NCBI GenBank assembly: GCA_934274515.1
Contig: CAKQTC010000010.1
Location: 2,625 to 66,624, forward strand
Reading direction: 5' to 3'
Origin: an uncultured Clostridia bacterium
Lineage (GTDB): Bacteria; Bacillota; Clostridia; Christensenellales; DTU072
DNA: 64,000 nucleotides
Part shown: positions 9,201 through 16,984 of the stretch, in pieces
Position numbering within the stretch: position 1 is the first letter of the stretch
How the letters are laid out: each line of letters starts with the position of its first letter
Notes under the pieces: generated by a model
Database searches by the model: none
What the model was told of the DNA's origin: nothing
The model's input: the letters and a program-made list of their open reading frames with translations, nothing else
Made by a program: the position numbers and the translations under genes

Positions 9201-10496
9201 ATGAAAAACGCGACCAAAGTTAAAGCGACGACGGTAAACGTAGACAGAGAACTTCCGACAATCGACTTAGGGATCGCATATTTCAATATTAGTCACCGTT
9301 ATAAATTCTACAACAAACACGAAGTAGCGATTAACGACCTTGCTCCGGCAACGACTTATTATTACAGATTAGGCAGCGACAAATACGGTTGGTCGGACGT
9401 TTATACGTTCAAGACGGCAGAAGACGGAGGGTTCCGTTTTATGGCGATTACCGACATACAAGGCTCCGTAGAGAAGAACTATATCGACAGCGAAGAGGCG
9501 ATGCGCGTCGCGCTTAAACACTTCGACGGCTCGGACGTGGCGTTTATCGCAACGATGGGCGACAACGTAGACAACGGCAAAAACATAAAACAATACACCT
9601 GGTGGTTGGACCATCAACGCGACGTATGGGCGAACTATATGATGATGCCGCTTAGCGGAAACCACGAAAAGAAAGACTACTCGTTAAGCGAAATAGTGGC
9701 ATTGCCGACGAACGCGAACGTGCAGTACACGGGAACGTATTATTCGTACGACTATAACTACGCGCATTTTATCGTACTCGACACAAACGACCTTAAAAAC
9801 GACGAATTGAGCGAAAAACAAACGGCGTGGCTTATCGAAGACCTTAAAAAGAACGCGGAAAACAAAACCACGAAATGGACGATAGTTATGTTGCATAAAG
9901 GACCGTACACCGCAGGAAGTCACGCTTTCGACGCAGACGTAATCGGACTGAGAAAACAACTCACGCCTATTTTTGCGGAAAACGGCGTTGACCTTGTTTT
10001 GCAAGGACACGACCATACTTACAGCGTAAGCGAGTATATCGGCGCGGACGGTAAACCGGTAGAAACGAAGAAAGCGTCGGACGGTAGCGTAACAAATCCG
10101 AAAGGCGTGCTTTACGTCAATCTCGGAACGATGGGAGATAAGTTCTACAACTATCTATATAGCGACGAAGTAAGCATCGTAAAGAGAGAAAAAGCGAGTC
10201 TTAACGAAAAAATACAAAAATACGTTACCGACGAAGGGTATCTCGAACTTAAAGAAACGCCGTGCTTTGCGGATATAAGAGTAGATAAAAACGAATTGAC
10301 GATAGCGACGTACACGATAGTAGACGGCGAAAACGTACTCGTAGACGACATCCGAATCAAGAGCGGCGGAGTAGACTGGAGCGCGTTGTCGCTCGACCAA
10401 ATCATCACGATGGCGACGGTGGCGGCGGCGATAGTGATTATCGTAATACTCGGCGCGGTCGGCATATCGGCAAGAAAGAGAAGAAACAGATTTTAA
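6246..10496 (+). CDS. Large membrane-anchored extracellular protein with two metallophosphoesterase domains; the second is purple-acid-phosphatase-like
   Basis: N-terminal signal/TM segment (VIIAIILVFVALLCGIAFAGADAYA). MPE domain 1 motifs: HFSDVHV, SGDITSNG, PGNHD, SGHQH. A roughly 470-aa central region is of unknown type. A PAP-N-like beta domain (APATTYYYRLGSDKYGWSDVYTFKT) follows. MPE domain 2 motifs: MAITDIQG, MGDNVDNG, SGNHE, LHKGPY, QGHDHTY. C-terminal TM helix plus basic tail (AAAIVIIVILGAVGISARKRRNRF). Confidence 0.8.
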   Translation: MNKTLIKNSVIIAIILVFVALLCGIAFAGADAYAADNYEKTTKIAHFSDVHVLPQEYCNEYSADFIKKSGSTKMLAQTEATLTTALAEIYDMGADAPQIIVISGDITSNGEYAANARVAQILKEATKKIRTLPGHEKFQIFVMPGNHDTYNDESTSYMPTKEELDACADDAARLELMKNYKARSVRTTTSKDIFDIYADFGYCNCDGRKEGRHDATCGMADGVKLNFFYESEFWYDGDTVRTNKVDKDGNAYVEYKGFDTREATDEETKAFKENNLDFEYLAEAGRIGACSYVATIDGVTVVGVDGNARKYTGKTSTEATKTAMGWDETTGGMATRAQIRWIIDETKDEVKADNLVMTNCHYNNIPHFVSQEEVISLFVLDNLDVYTAALANAGIRYQFSGHQHAADIVDAVTQEGNVMYDIETGSLVSYGSGYRVVEFTQKKQNGNYSEEVKSTMHSLKKNGAKDGFYYEAYRLNENYLKDGEETVTGNNSTSDIYGTALEDKKDLYGDGRVMLVKTYLADENGAKIGVDKFLSVGLANLISFNKGSLIGSLVNEGLYDTLLGATKNLKWRFAKGAINSLIGGLRDFDMLKFNASKDGKSFTLSAKPEKDNDLIAFATDLINWLIKYDFSYGQNKGGTTISEILVEVYGGHLNGAHGKELTQIVKPLIEKLKDGTFVDFLINTLKDSLVPQLELILNAPIRYDVKTKTLAEGKGFDITDAMATSADKGVDSMIKTLLTKYSFKEDVAKKNGGYYSLKLIVKDIREIAKDLLVTPTDEIKDNFLKFLATTIRGALEGDGAFGSIGKYVDKALAYIDEYFEKDSLMETLQIELIDKYVTPAFCRNLGEYAAYIVTGMATDSMPDGSSWIQGGDKLGDYPVFNEKNFNVATTKLDAKTKYNGKAFYRAKGTTGALTVTPTIDNGLLPSMVSVSFDKTIGTSRKIRWFTSIEQNVFDKGKDGKYLAAADYVAGSTRPESYVEYSTSKDMKNATKVKATTVNVDRELPTIDLGIAYFNISHRYKFYNKHEVAINDLAPATTYYYRLGSDKYGWSDVYTFKTAEDGGFRFMAITDIQGSVEKNYIDSEEAMRVALKHFDGSDVAFIATMGDNVDNGKNIKQYTWWLDHQRDVWANYMMMPLSGNHEKKDYSLSEIVALPTNANVQYTGTYYSYDYNYAHFIVLDTNDLKNDELSEKQTAWLIEDLKKNAENKTTKWTIVMLHKGPYTAGSHAFDADVIGLRKQLTPIFAENGVDLVLQGHDHTYSVSEYIGADGKPVETKKASDGSVTNPKGVLYVNLGTMGDKFYNYLYSDEVSIVKREKASLNEKIQKYVTDEGYLELKETPCFADIRVDKNELTIATYTIVDGENVLVDDIRIKSGGVDWSALSLDQIITMATVAAAIVIIVILGAVGISARKRRNRF

Positions 10497-10546
10497 TTTG
10501 TCTTAGCGCGGTCGGGACAACCGACCGCGCGAAACAAGAGGTTGAT

Positions 10547-10732
10547 ATGGAATACAAAGTAACGTGCGTAATTCATACGCCGAAAAAGAAACAAATCACC
10601 AAAGTAATCACCGTAAACGCGGATACCGACGCGGAGGCGATTTTGCGAGCCGAAGAAAGGTTTAACAAGTATCTCACGAGAGTAGGCTATCGCGTAGAAG
10701 TGCTGTTTTACGAACAGCCCGTTTTGGTATAA
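10547..10732 (+). CDS. Small hypothetical protein (61 aa)
   Basis: An AGAGG RBS lies 6-7 nt upstream of the ATG. I recognise no motif. It is separated from the upstream gene by a GC-rich hairpin. Confidence 0.4.
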   Translation: MEYKVTCVIHTPKKKQITKVITVNADTDAEAILRAEERFNKYLTRVGYRVEVLFYEQPVLV

Positions 10733-10828
10733 CGTAAGTTACGCGCCGCACGTTTATCGAAATATCGGTATGTTTTTATATAATCGCGTGTTTTTACGAA
10801 GAAAAACGTAAGAAAAAACCGTGTTTTT

Positions 10829-12913
10829 ATGCAACTTACCGATAATGAAATCGGCGGATATGGTAAAAATGAACGTATGAATAAAATAAGGTCGGGAAAA
10901 AAGAAGAGAATTTTCGCTATTGCGGTGTTTGCGCTGTATTTATTGTGCGTTTCGGCAATAGTTCCCGCAGTGACGATAATTAATAAATATTACAACGATA
11001 TGTATAATAACGACGTCGAGTTTTCCGACGGAGTTATGGATTTACGCAATTACAACGGAATAGAAAAGAACGGAGAGTATACCATAAGGCAACAGATTGC
11101 GTTGCAGGGGAAACTCGAATTATACTATAACGTTTGGCTCGTAGCGGACGGAGAAGAGGACAGAAAGCCGGACGGATACGTTACCGTTTTCGATTTTTGG
11201 ACGAGCGTAAAAAAAGACGGGAAGCGACTTCCGTCGTCGGGGTACGCAACGTACAGATATACGATTATAAACAACGCTCACGACGGGTATTTTTCCCTTC
11301 GTCCGACGGATTCGCTTACGCCGTGGAAAATGTACGTTAATCGCAAACTCGTTGCGGAATACGGCGAGATGGGGAAAACGAGAGAAACGAGCAAAGCGAT
11401 AGGAAAAGTAAAAAACTACACGTACGCTTATCCGACGGAAAAAGGACAATCGTACGAAATTACGATAGAAATCGGATTTACAGATTTTGCGTTCGGCGCG
11501 CCGAACAGATTAGCGGTTACGCCGAATTACGGAAAAATCAGCGAAGCAATCGACTTTTTCATTAAAAAATCGAATATCGTGTCGTACATAACTATCGGAA
11601 TGTTGGCAGCGTGTACGATTATACTGTTATTGTTTGCCGTTGCAACGAACAAATATAAAAACATCGTTACGTTTGCGACGATAATAATAATGCTTATTCT
11701 TTCGCTGATGTCGTCGCTTGATTTTATGCACGCGTTTGCCGCGCTGTTTCCGACAACGAGCCGCGCGGTTATGCCTTACACGGCATATGTGGTCGGGTGG
11801 GCAACTTTCGTAGCGTTTGCCGTGCATTTAGGAGTAAACAAACAAATAAAATTTCGGCAGGACGAACTGCTGATTTGGTGTTTCGGGAATTTCGTGTTTG
11901 CCGTTATGACGTGCTGTTTCCGCGGATATAAAGAGCAATTTTATTTTATTTTAATCAATATTTGTTGGTTTAATTACCTTATTTATAAAATTTACAGGAA
12001 TACCGAAATAGGCAGGATTGAAAAAAGTTCTTATGCGGTGATACTTATAGTTTTAAGTTGGTTCTATTTGATGGAAGCGTTCGATTACCTCGGAATGGCG
12101 TCTTTTAGCGGAGGAATGGCGTATTCGTACGGCATAATACTAATGTCGCTCGGCATAGTAGGGATATATTTTATAAGGTTTAACGAACTTAACGTCAAAG
12201 CGCTTGCGGCGGAAAAAGGACAAAGAGAAAAAGCGGTGTTTAAGGCGCAGGTTCTTAAAAGTCAAATAAAACCGCATTTCATTTTCAATACGCTCACGCT
12301 TATAATGGATTGTTATCGTCAAAGTTTCGAAAAAGGCGAAAAAATGCTAAAAATGTTCGCTAAATATATGCGAGTAAACGTAGACGCCGACGTCAAAGTC
12401 CTTGTCCCGTTCGAAGAAGAACTGCATTCCGTGGATATGTACTTCGAAATTTGTAACGAAAGAACGGGCGGTCGGCTTAATCTGTACCACGACGTGGCGG
12501 AATACGATTTTCTCGTGCCGTTGCTTTCGCTGCAACCGATAGTGGAAAACGCGATTAAATATTCGGGGATAGAGGAAATCGACGAAGGATATATCTTAAT
12601 CAAAAGTTATCGCGACGAAAAAACCGCCGACTGCGTCGTGGAAGTCAGCGACAACGGCAAAGGCTTCGACGTGACGCAAATAAGACAAGACTCCGTCGGG
12701 ATAAGAAACGTCAAAGAAAGAATGAGTATTCTCCTTAACGCAAAAACAGAAATAAAGAGCGTAATAGGGGAAGGAACCACGGTTAAAATAACCATACCGA
12801 ATTTACCCCCCCCCCCCCCCCCCGAAAATAAGACGGAATTTGCTCAAAACGGCGAAAAAACGAACACATATAAACAAAAAAACGAAATAAGAGGAGAAAA
12901 CAGCCGTGCTTAA
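10829..12913 (+). CDS. Sensor histidine kinase: 7TMR-DISM-type extracellular and 7-TM input, LytS/YehU-type His_kinase plus HATPase output
   Basis: Extracellular beta-rich domain (YATYRYTIINNAHDGYFSLRP...WKMYVNRKLV), followed by about 7 hydrophobic helices. H-box IKPHFIFNTLTLI, N-box ENAIKYS, G1 DNGKGF, G2 GIRNVKERM. The C-terminal tail contains PPPPPP, encoded by the C18 tract. An alternative start at 10877 (MNKIRSGKKK) is possible. Confidence 0.8.
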   Translation: MQLTDNEIGGYGKNERMNKIRSGKKKRIFAIAVFALYLLCVSAIVPAVTIINKYYNDMYNNDVEFSDGVMDLRNYNGIEKNGEYTIRQQIALQGKLELYYNVWLVADGEEDRKPDGYVTVFDFWTSVKKDGKRLPSSGYATYRYTIINNAHDGYFSLRPTDSLTPWKMYVNRKLVAEYGEMGKTRETSKAIGKVKNYTYAYPTEKGQSYEITIEIGFTDFAFGAPNRLAVTPNYGKISEAIDFFIKKSNIVSYITIGMLAACTIILLLFAVATNKYKNIVTFATIIIMLILSLMSSLDFMHAFAALFPTTSRAVMPYTAYVVGWATFVAFAVHLGVNKQIKFRQDELLIWCFGNFVFAVMTCCFRGYKEQFYFILINICWFNYLIYKIYRNTEIGRIEKSSYAVILIVLSWFYLMEAFDYLGMASFSGGMAYSYGIILMSLGIVGIYFIRFNELNVKALAAEKGQREKAVFKAQVLKSQIKPHFIFNTLTLIMDCYRQSFEKGEKMLKMFAKYMRVNVDADVKVLVPFEEELHSVDMYFEICNERTGGRLNLYHDVAEYDFLVPLLSLQPIVENAIKYSGIEEIDEGYILIKSYRDEKTADCVVEVSDNGKGFDVTQIRQDSVGIRNVKERMSILLNAKTEIKSVIGEGTTVKITIPNLPPPPPPENKTEFAQNGEKTNTYKQKNEIRGENSRA
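12806..12823 (+). repeat. C18 homopolymer inside the 3' end of the kinase gene
   Basis: Counted directly: 18 consecutive C residues at 12806-12823, translated as six prolines. Confidence 0.95.
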
Positions 12914-13664
12914 AATAATAATCGTTGACGACGAGAAAGCGTCGATAAACGTGTTTATGGACGACTTTTTGTTTGACAATTCGGAAGTGGACGCAAAGTG
13001 TTTCAAAGACGACCCGTTTCAGGCAATCGCGTATGCGGAAAGGACGAAGATAGACATTGCGTTTTTGGACGTCAATATGCCGAAAATAAACGGAATAGAC
13101 CTTGCGAAAAAGTTGCTCGAAATAAACCCGAGAATAAAATTCGTTTTTATAAGCGGCTACGAGCGGAACGCGGAAAAACTCGCGGAAATTTTCGGGGACA
13201 ACTTCATCGGTTTGTTTAGTAAACCTTACCAAGAAGACGAACTGCGAGATATAATGAATAAGATTTTTAACGAAAGACAACGCGTTGTCAGCATAAGATG
13301 TTTGGACGCGTTTAACTTGTTCGTAAACGGCGACGCCGTGCGGTTCGATACGAAAAAAAGCAAAGAACTTCTCGCCCTTCTCGTGGACGCCGACGGCGGC
13401 TACGTCGATACCGATTACCTCGTGGCAATGCTTTTCCCCGAAAAAACCGCGGAAAAAGGGAAACTGCTGTTTAAGGATAACTTGTATAGACTGAGAAAAA
13501 CGCTTAATCGCTACGAAATCGGCGAAATTATCGAATGTAACAAATCTCAGTACGCGTTCGTCGGAAAAGACGTAAAACTCGACGTCAAAGAACTGTCGGA
13601 CGTAAACGCGATACTGCCGGAAAATTACCTCGTAGAATACTCGTGGAGTAGTTATAAAAAATAA
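12906..13664 (+). CDS. Response regulator: receiver domain plus a SARP/OmpR-like winged-helix DNA-binding domain
   Basis: GTG start overlaps the kinase stop by 8 nt, and RBS GAGGAG is at 12891-12896. REC motifs: IIIVDDE, IAFLDVNMP, FISGY, SKPY. The C-terminal half (FNLFVNGDAVRFDTKKSKELLALLVDADGGYVDTDYLVAMLFPE...LYRLRKTL) matches the SARP-type wHTH pattern. Confidence 0.8.
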   Translation: MLKIIIVDDEKASINVFMDDFLFDNSEVDAKCFKDDPFQAIAYAERTKIDIAFLDVNMPKINGIDLAKKLLEINPRIKFVFISGYERNAEKLAEIFGDNFIGLFSKPYQEDELRDIMNKIFNERQRVVSIRCLDAFNLFVNGDAVRFDTKKSKELLALLVDADGGYVDTDYLVAMLFPEKTAEKGKLLFKDNLYRLRKTLNRYEIGEIIECNKSQYAFVGKDVKLDVKELSDVNAILPENYLVEYSWSSYKK

Positions 13665-13685
13665 ATGTTTTCTCATATTTTCTCG

Positions 13686-13715
13686 CGCAACCGTATTTCG
13701 GTTGCGTTTATTTTT
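13686..13715 (+). terminator. Rho-independent terminator after the response regulator gene
   Basis: Stem cgcaaccg / cggttgcg with a 5-nt loop, followed by tttattttt. Confidence 0.7.
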
Positions 13716-13788
13716 GTAAAACGATTAGCGTGTTTATGTGTAATGCGAAAAAATTTTCATATTTTCGATGAAAAAACACGGCAAGCGT

Positions 13789-13817
13789 TTTACAAAGGGG
13801 GATTAAGCGGATATAAT
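13789..13817 (+). promoter_or_regulatory. SigmaA-type promoter upstream of copA
   Basis: TTTACA (13789-13794), a 17-bp spacer, then TATAAT (13812-13817). Confidence 0.5.
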
Positions 13818-13851
13818 TAAGATACGAACGAAAAAAAAGGAGAGCCGAGCG

Positions 13852-16179
13852 ATGAAAGTCGGGTTTGACGTAACGGGAATGAGTTGTGCCGCTTGTTCGG
13901 CAAGGGTGGAAAAGACCGTATCCGCGCTTGACGGAGTGAGCGACGTAGCCGTTAATTTGCTTACGAACGGTATGACGTGCGAAGTTGACGGAGCGGACAG
14001 GATAAAGACGATAATTGCGGCGATGAAGAAAGCGGGGTACGGGGCGAAAGCGCGCGAAGACAAGGCGGAAGAAACCGCGGAAGGGAATAAAGACAACCTC
14101 GCTTCGGCGGAGCAAAAATCGATGAAAACGCGGCTGATAGTGTCGATAAGTTTTTGGATACCGCTTATGATAGTGAGTATGGGGAAGATGTTTTTCAATA
14201 TGATAAAAGTCCCCGTGCCCGAATTTTTGGACAAGGCGTTGTACTCGCACGAGGCGGCGGTTACTCTTGCAGTGGTGCAGATTATGCTTACCGCGCCGAT
14301 ACTTGTAGCGAATCAAAAATATTTCAGGCGCGGATACGTGTCGTTATTCAAGCGCAGTCCGAATATGGATACGCTCGTCGCGCTGGGCGCGACGGCGGCG
14401 GTGTTGTACGGACTGTTCGCGTTGTGTCGGATAGGCAGAGGACTCGGTACGGGCAATCACGAATTAGTAACGAAATACAGTCACGACCTATATTTCGAGT
14501 CCGCGGGGACGATACTTACGCTTATCACTCTTGGCAAGTATTTGGAGGCGCGCTCAAAAGGTAAAACAAGCGAAGCGATAACCAAACTTATGAGTTTAGC
14601 CCCCGAAACAGTAACCATCGAGCGCGACGGAAAGGAAGTCGAGATAGCGGCGAAAGACGTCGCGGTAGGGGATATTTTCCTTGTGAAACCGGGAGAGAGA
14701 GTGGGGGTGGACGGAGTGATAACCGAGGGCGGTTCATCGTTTGACGAATCGGCGGTTACCGGCGAAAGCATACCCGTGGAAAAGAAAGAAGGGGATAGAA
14801 TTATATCCGCATCGGTAAACGGGTCGGGATTTGTCAAAGCGAAAGCGACCGAAGTAGGAAAAGACACGACGATAGCGAAGATAATAAAACTCGTAGAAGA
14901 AGCGTCCGCGGCAAAAGCGCCGATAGCAAAACTTGCGGATAAAATATCCGGGGTATTCGTACCTGCGGTGATGGGGGTCGCGCTTATCGCGTTTATCGTA
15001 TGGTTAAGCGTAGGGTACGGGCTTGAATTCGCGTTGGCAAGGGGAATAAGCGTACTCGTTATTTCCTGTCCGTGCGCGCTCGGGCTTGCCACGCCCGTAG
15101 CGATAATGGTAGGCACGGGCAAGGGAGCGGAAAACGGGATATTGATTAAATCCGGAGACGCGCTCGAAACGCTTAAATCGGTGGATACGGTCGTGCTTGA
15201 CAAAACGGGAACGATAACCGAAGGGAAACCGTCCGTAACAGACGTAATCGCAATCGATACGAGCGAAACCGAGGTGCTTAGAATAGCGGGCGCGCTCGAA
15301 AAGCGCAGCGAACATCCGCTTGCCGTCGCGGTGTTAAACGAGTGCAAGGCGCGCGGAATAGAACCGGAAGAAACGGAAAACTTTAACGCGGCGTTCGGAC
15401 TGGGAATAACGGGCGACGTCGGCGGCAGAAAGTTTTTCGTCGGCAACGCCGATTATGCCGAAAAATTCGGCGCGAAAAACGACGCCGTCGACGTGAGAAC
15501 GAAACAACTTGCTTTAGACGGAAAAACTCCGTTACTCGTAGGAAAAAAGGGTGCTGTAATAGGAATAATAGCGGTTGCGGACAAAGTAAAGGAAACGAGT
15601 TCCGGAGCGATAGAAAGTATGAAAAAAGAAGGGCTTAAAGTCGTTATGCTGACTGGGGATAACGAACTTACCGCCCGAGCCGTAGCAAACACCATAGGAG
15701 TAGACGAAGTCGTAGCGGGAGTGTTACCCGACGAAAAAGAAAAAAAGATACGGGAAATAAAACGGGCAGGCGGCACGACCGCAATGGTGGGAGACGGAAT
15801 AAACGACGCGCCCGCGCTTGCCGGAGCGGACGTAGGGATAGCAATCGGCGCAGGAACAGACGTTGCGGTGGAGAGTGCGGACGTAGTGCTTGTGAGAAAC
15901 GATTTAAGGTGCGTTCCCGACGCGGTTAAACTGAGTAAAGCGGTCGTAAAAAACATAAAACAAAATTTATTTTGGGCGTTTATTTACAATGCAATCGGAA
16001 TACCCGTCGCGGCAGGCGTGCTTTACCCGTTTTTCAAAGTCGCGCTTAACCCGATGATAGGCGCAGCGGCGATGAGTTTGAGCAGCGTTTGCGTGGTAAC
16101 CAACGCGTTGCGACTAAGGACGGTTAAACTCGGAGAAAGAGCGAATAAAACAAAAAAAGAAAAAGAAGGTAAAAAATGA
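13852..16179 (+). CDS. copA: Copper-translocating P1B-type ATPase
   Basis: N-terminal HMA domain with GMSCAACSARVEK. Transmembrane CPC motif (SCPCALGLATP). DKTGTIT phosphorylation site and GDGINDAP hinge. Confidence 0.93.
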   Translation: MKVGFDVTGMSCAACSARVEKTVSALDGVSDVAVNLLTNGMTCEVDGADRIKTIIAAMKKAGYGAKAREDKAEETAEGNKDNLASAEQKSMKTRLIVSISFWIPLMIVSMGKMFFNMIKVPVPEFLDKALYSHEAAVTLAVVQIMLTAPILVANQKYFRRGYVSLFKRSPNMDTLVALGATAAVLYGLFALCRIGRGLGTGNHELVTKYSHDLYFESAGTILTLITLGKYLEARSKGKTSEAITKLMSLAPETVTIERDGKEVEIAAKDVAVGDIFLVKPGERVGVDGVITEGGSSFDESAVTGESIPVEKKEGDRIISASVNGSGFVKAKATEVGKDTTIAKIIKLVEEASAAKAPIAKLADKISGVFVPAVMGVALIAFIVWLSVGYGLEFALARGISVLVISCPCALGLATPVAIMVGTGKGAENGILIKSGDALETLKSVDTVVLDKTGTITEGKPSVTDVIAIDTSETEVLRIAGALEKRSEHPLAVAVLNECKARGIEPEETENFNAAFGLGITGDVGGRKFFVGNADYAEKFGAKNDAVDVRTKQLALDGKTPLLVGKKGAVIGIIAVADKVKETSSGAIESMKKEGLKVVMLTGDNELTARAVANTIGVDEVVAGVLPDEKEKKIREIKRAGGTTAMVGDGINDAPALAGADVGIAIGAGTDVAVESADVVLVRNDLRCVPDAVKLSKAVVKNIKQNLFWAFIYNAIGIPVAAGVLYPFFKVALNPMIGAAAMSLSSVCVVTNALRLRTVKLGERANKTKKEKEGKK

Positions 16180-16925
16180 GCGTAAACGAAAGAATGATGA
16201 AAGACGCCGAAACTTGGATAAAGCAAGGGTTAGACGCGGAAAATATGTTAAAAACGCTTGATTTAATCGGCGCGGGCAATTTCGATAAAGAACGTATAGA
16301 AGGGTTCCGTCTATGGGGCGATTACCTGCCGATGGGCGTGGAAGACCCGTATACGAACGAAGAAAGAAATTTGCATATATTGTGGGAAGTCATCGACAGA
16401 ACACCGCAAGGAATAAACTGTGCGTTTGCGATACCGTTTCGCAGTTTGATTGCGAAAAATCTTTTCAAATCGTGCGGCGAAGGGTTTATTGCCAACGAAG
16501 GGTGCAGGTTTAACTACGGAAAACATATCGAAGTGGGCGATTTCGTTACGTGGAACCATTGCTGTTATATAGACTCTAAGGGCGGAGTAAAATTCGGCAA
16601 CTATTCGATGCTTACCGAATATTCCAAAATATTTACGCACGGACACTCGGAAAGCGACCATACGGAAAGAACGTACACTCCCGTGGAAATAGGCGAATAC
16701 GCAAAAATATACACCGCAAGCACGATACTTCCGGGCGTAAAAATAGGTAAAGGCGCGGTTGTCGCAACGGGCGCGATAGTGACTAAAAACGTAGACGACT
16801 TTACGCTCGTGGCGGGAATCCCCGCAAAACCGATAAGGAAAAGAAAAGCCGACGAAAACGAAAAAAACGGGTATAATCACTTCACTTTTTACGACCGCGC
16901 GTTCCAACCCGACGGCAATTATTGA
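16176..16925 (+). CDS. Hexapeptide-repeat (left-handed beta-helix) acyl/acetyltransferase
   Basis: C-terminal hexapeptide region (ILPGVKIGKGAVVATGAIVTKNVDDFTLVAGIPAKPIRKR). The start ATG overlaps the copA stop (ATGA). Confidence 0.75.
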   Translation: MSVNERMMKDAETWIKQGLDAENMLKTLDLIGAGNFDKERIEGFRLWGDYLPMGVEDPYTNEERNLHILWEVIDRTPQGINCAFAIPFRSLIAKNLFKSCGEGFIANEGCRFNYGKHIEVGDFVTWNHCCYIDSKGGVKFGNYSMLTEYSKIFTHGHSESDHTERTYTPVEIGEYAKIYTASTILPGVKIGKGAVVATGAIVTKNVDDFTLVAGIPAKPIRKRKADENEKNGYNHFTFYDRAFQPDGNY

Positions 16926-16951
16926 TTTAATCTTAAAAATCGACTTTATAG

Positions 16952-16980
16952 TTGACAAAACGACATTATTCGATTATAAT
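16952..16980 (+). promoter_or_regulatory. Consensus sigmaA-type promoter with no downstream CDS
   Basis: TTGACA (16952-16957), a 17-bp spacer, then TATAAT (16975-16980). Confidence 0.4.
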
Positions 16981-16984
16981 GACA

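Noticed and set aside
6402-10465. Minus-strand ORFs (404 aa at 6402-7616; 204 aa at 8118-8732; others) overlapping the 1416-aa gene.
   Set aside because: They are antisense shadows of a CDS with two complete metallophosphoesterase motif sets. No features of their own.
10506-10530. Perfect 10-bp GC-rich hairpin (gcgcggtcgg gacaa ccgaccgcgc) just after the 1416-aa gene, considered as a terminator.
   Set aside because: No U-tract follows (the next bases are gaaacaagagg), and the RBS and start of the 61-aa ORF lie 10-17 nt downstream. It is more likely an intercistronic stabiliser or processing hairpin than a terminator, so I did not call it a feature.
12783-16226. Minus-strand ORFs 12783-13676 (297 aa), 13708-14316 (202 aa), 14481-15446 (321 aa) and 15453-15956 (167 aa).
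   Set aside because: They are antisense to the response regulator and copA. Their translations are low-complexity (S/T/P/A-rich or R/F-rich).
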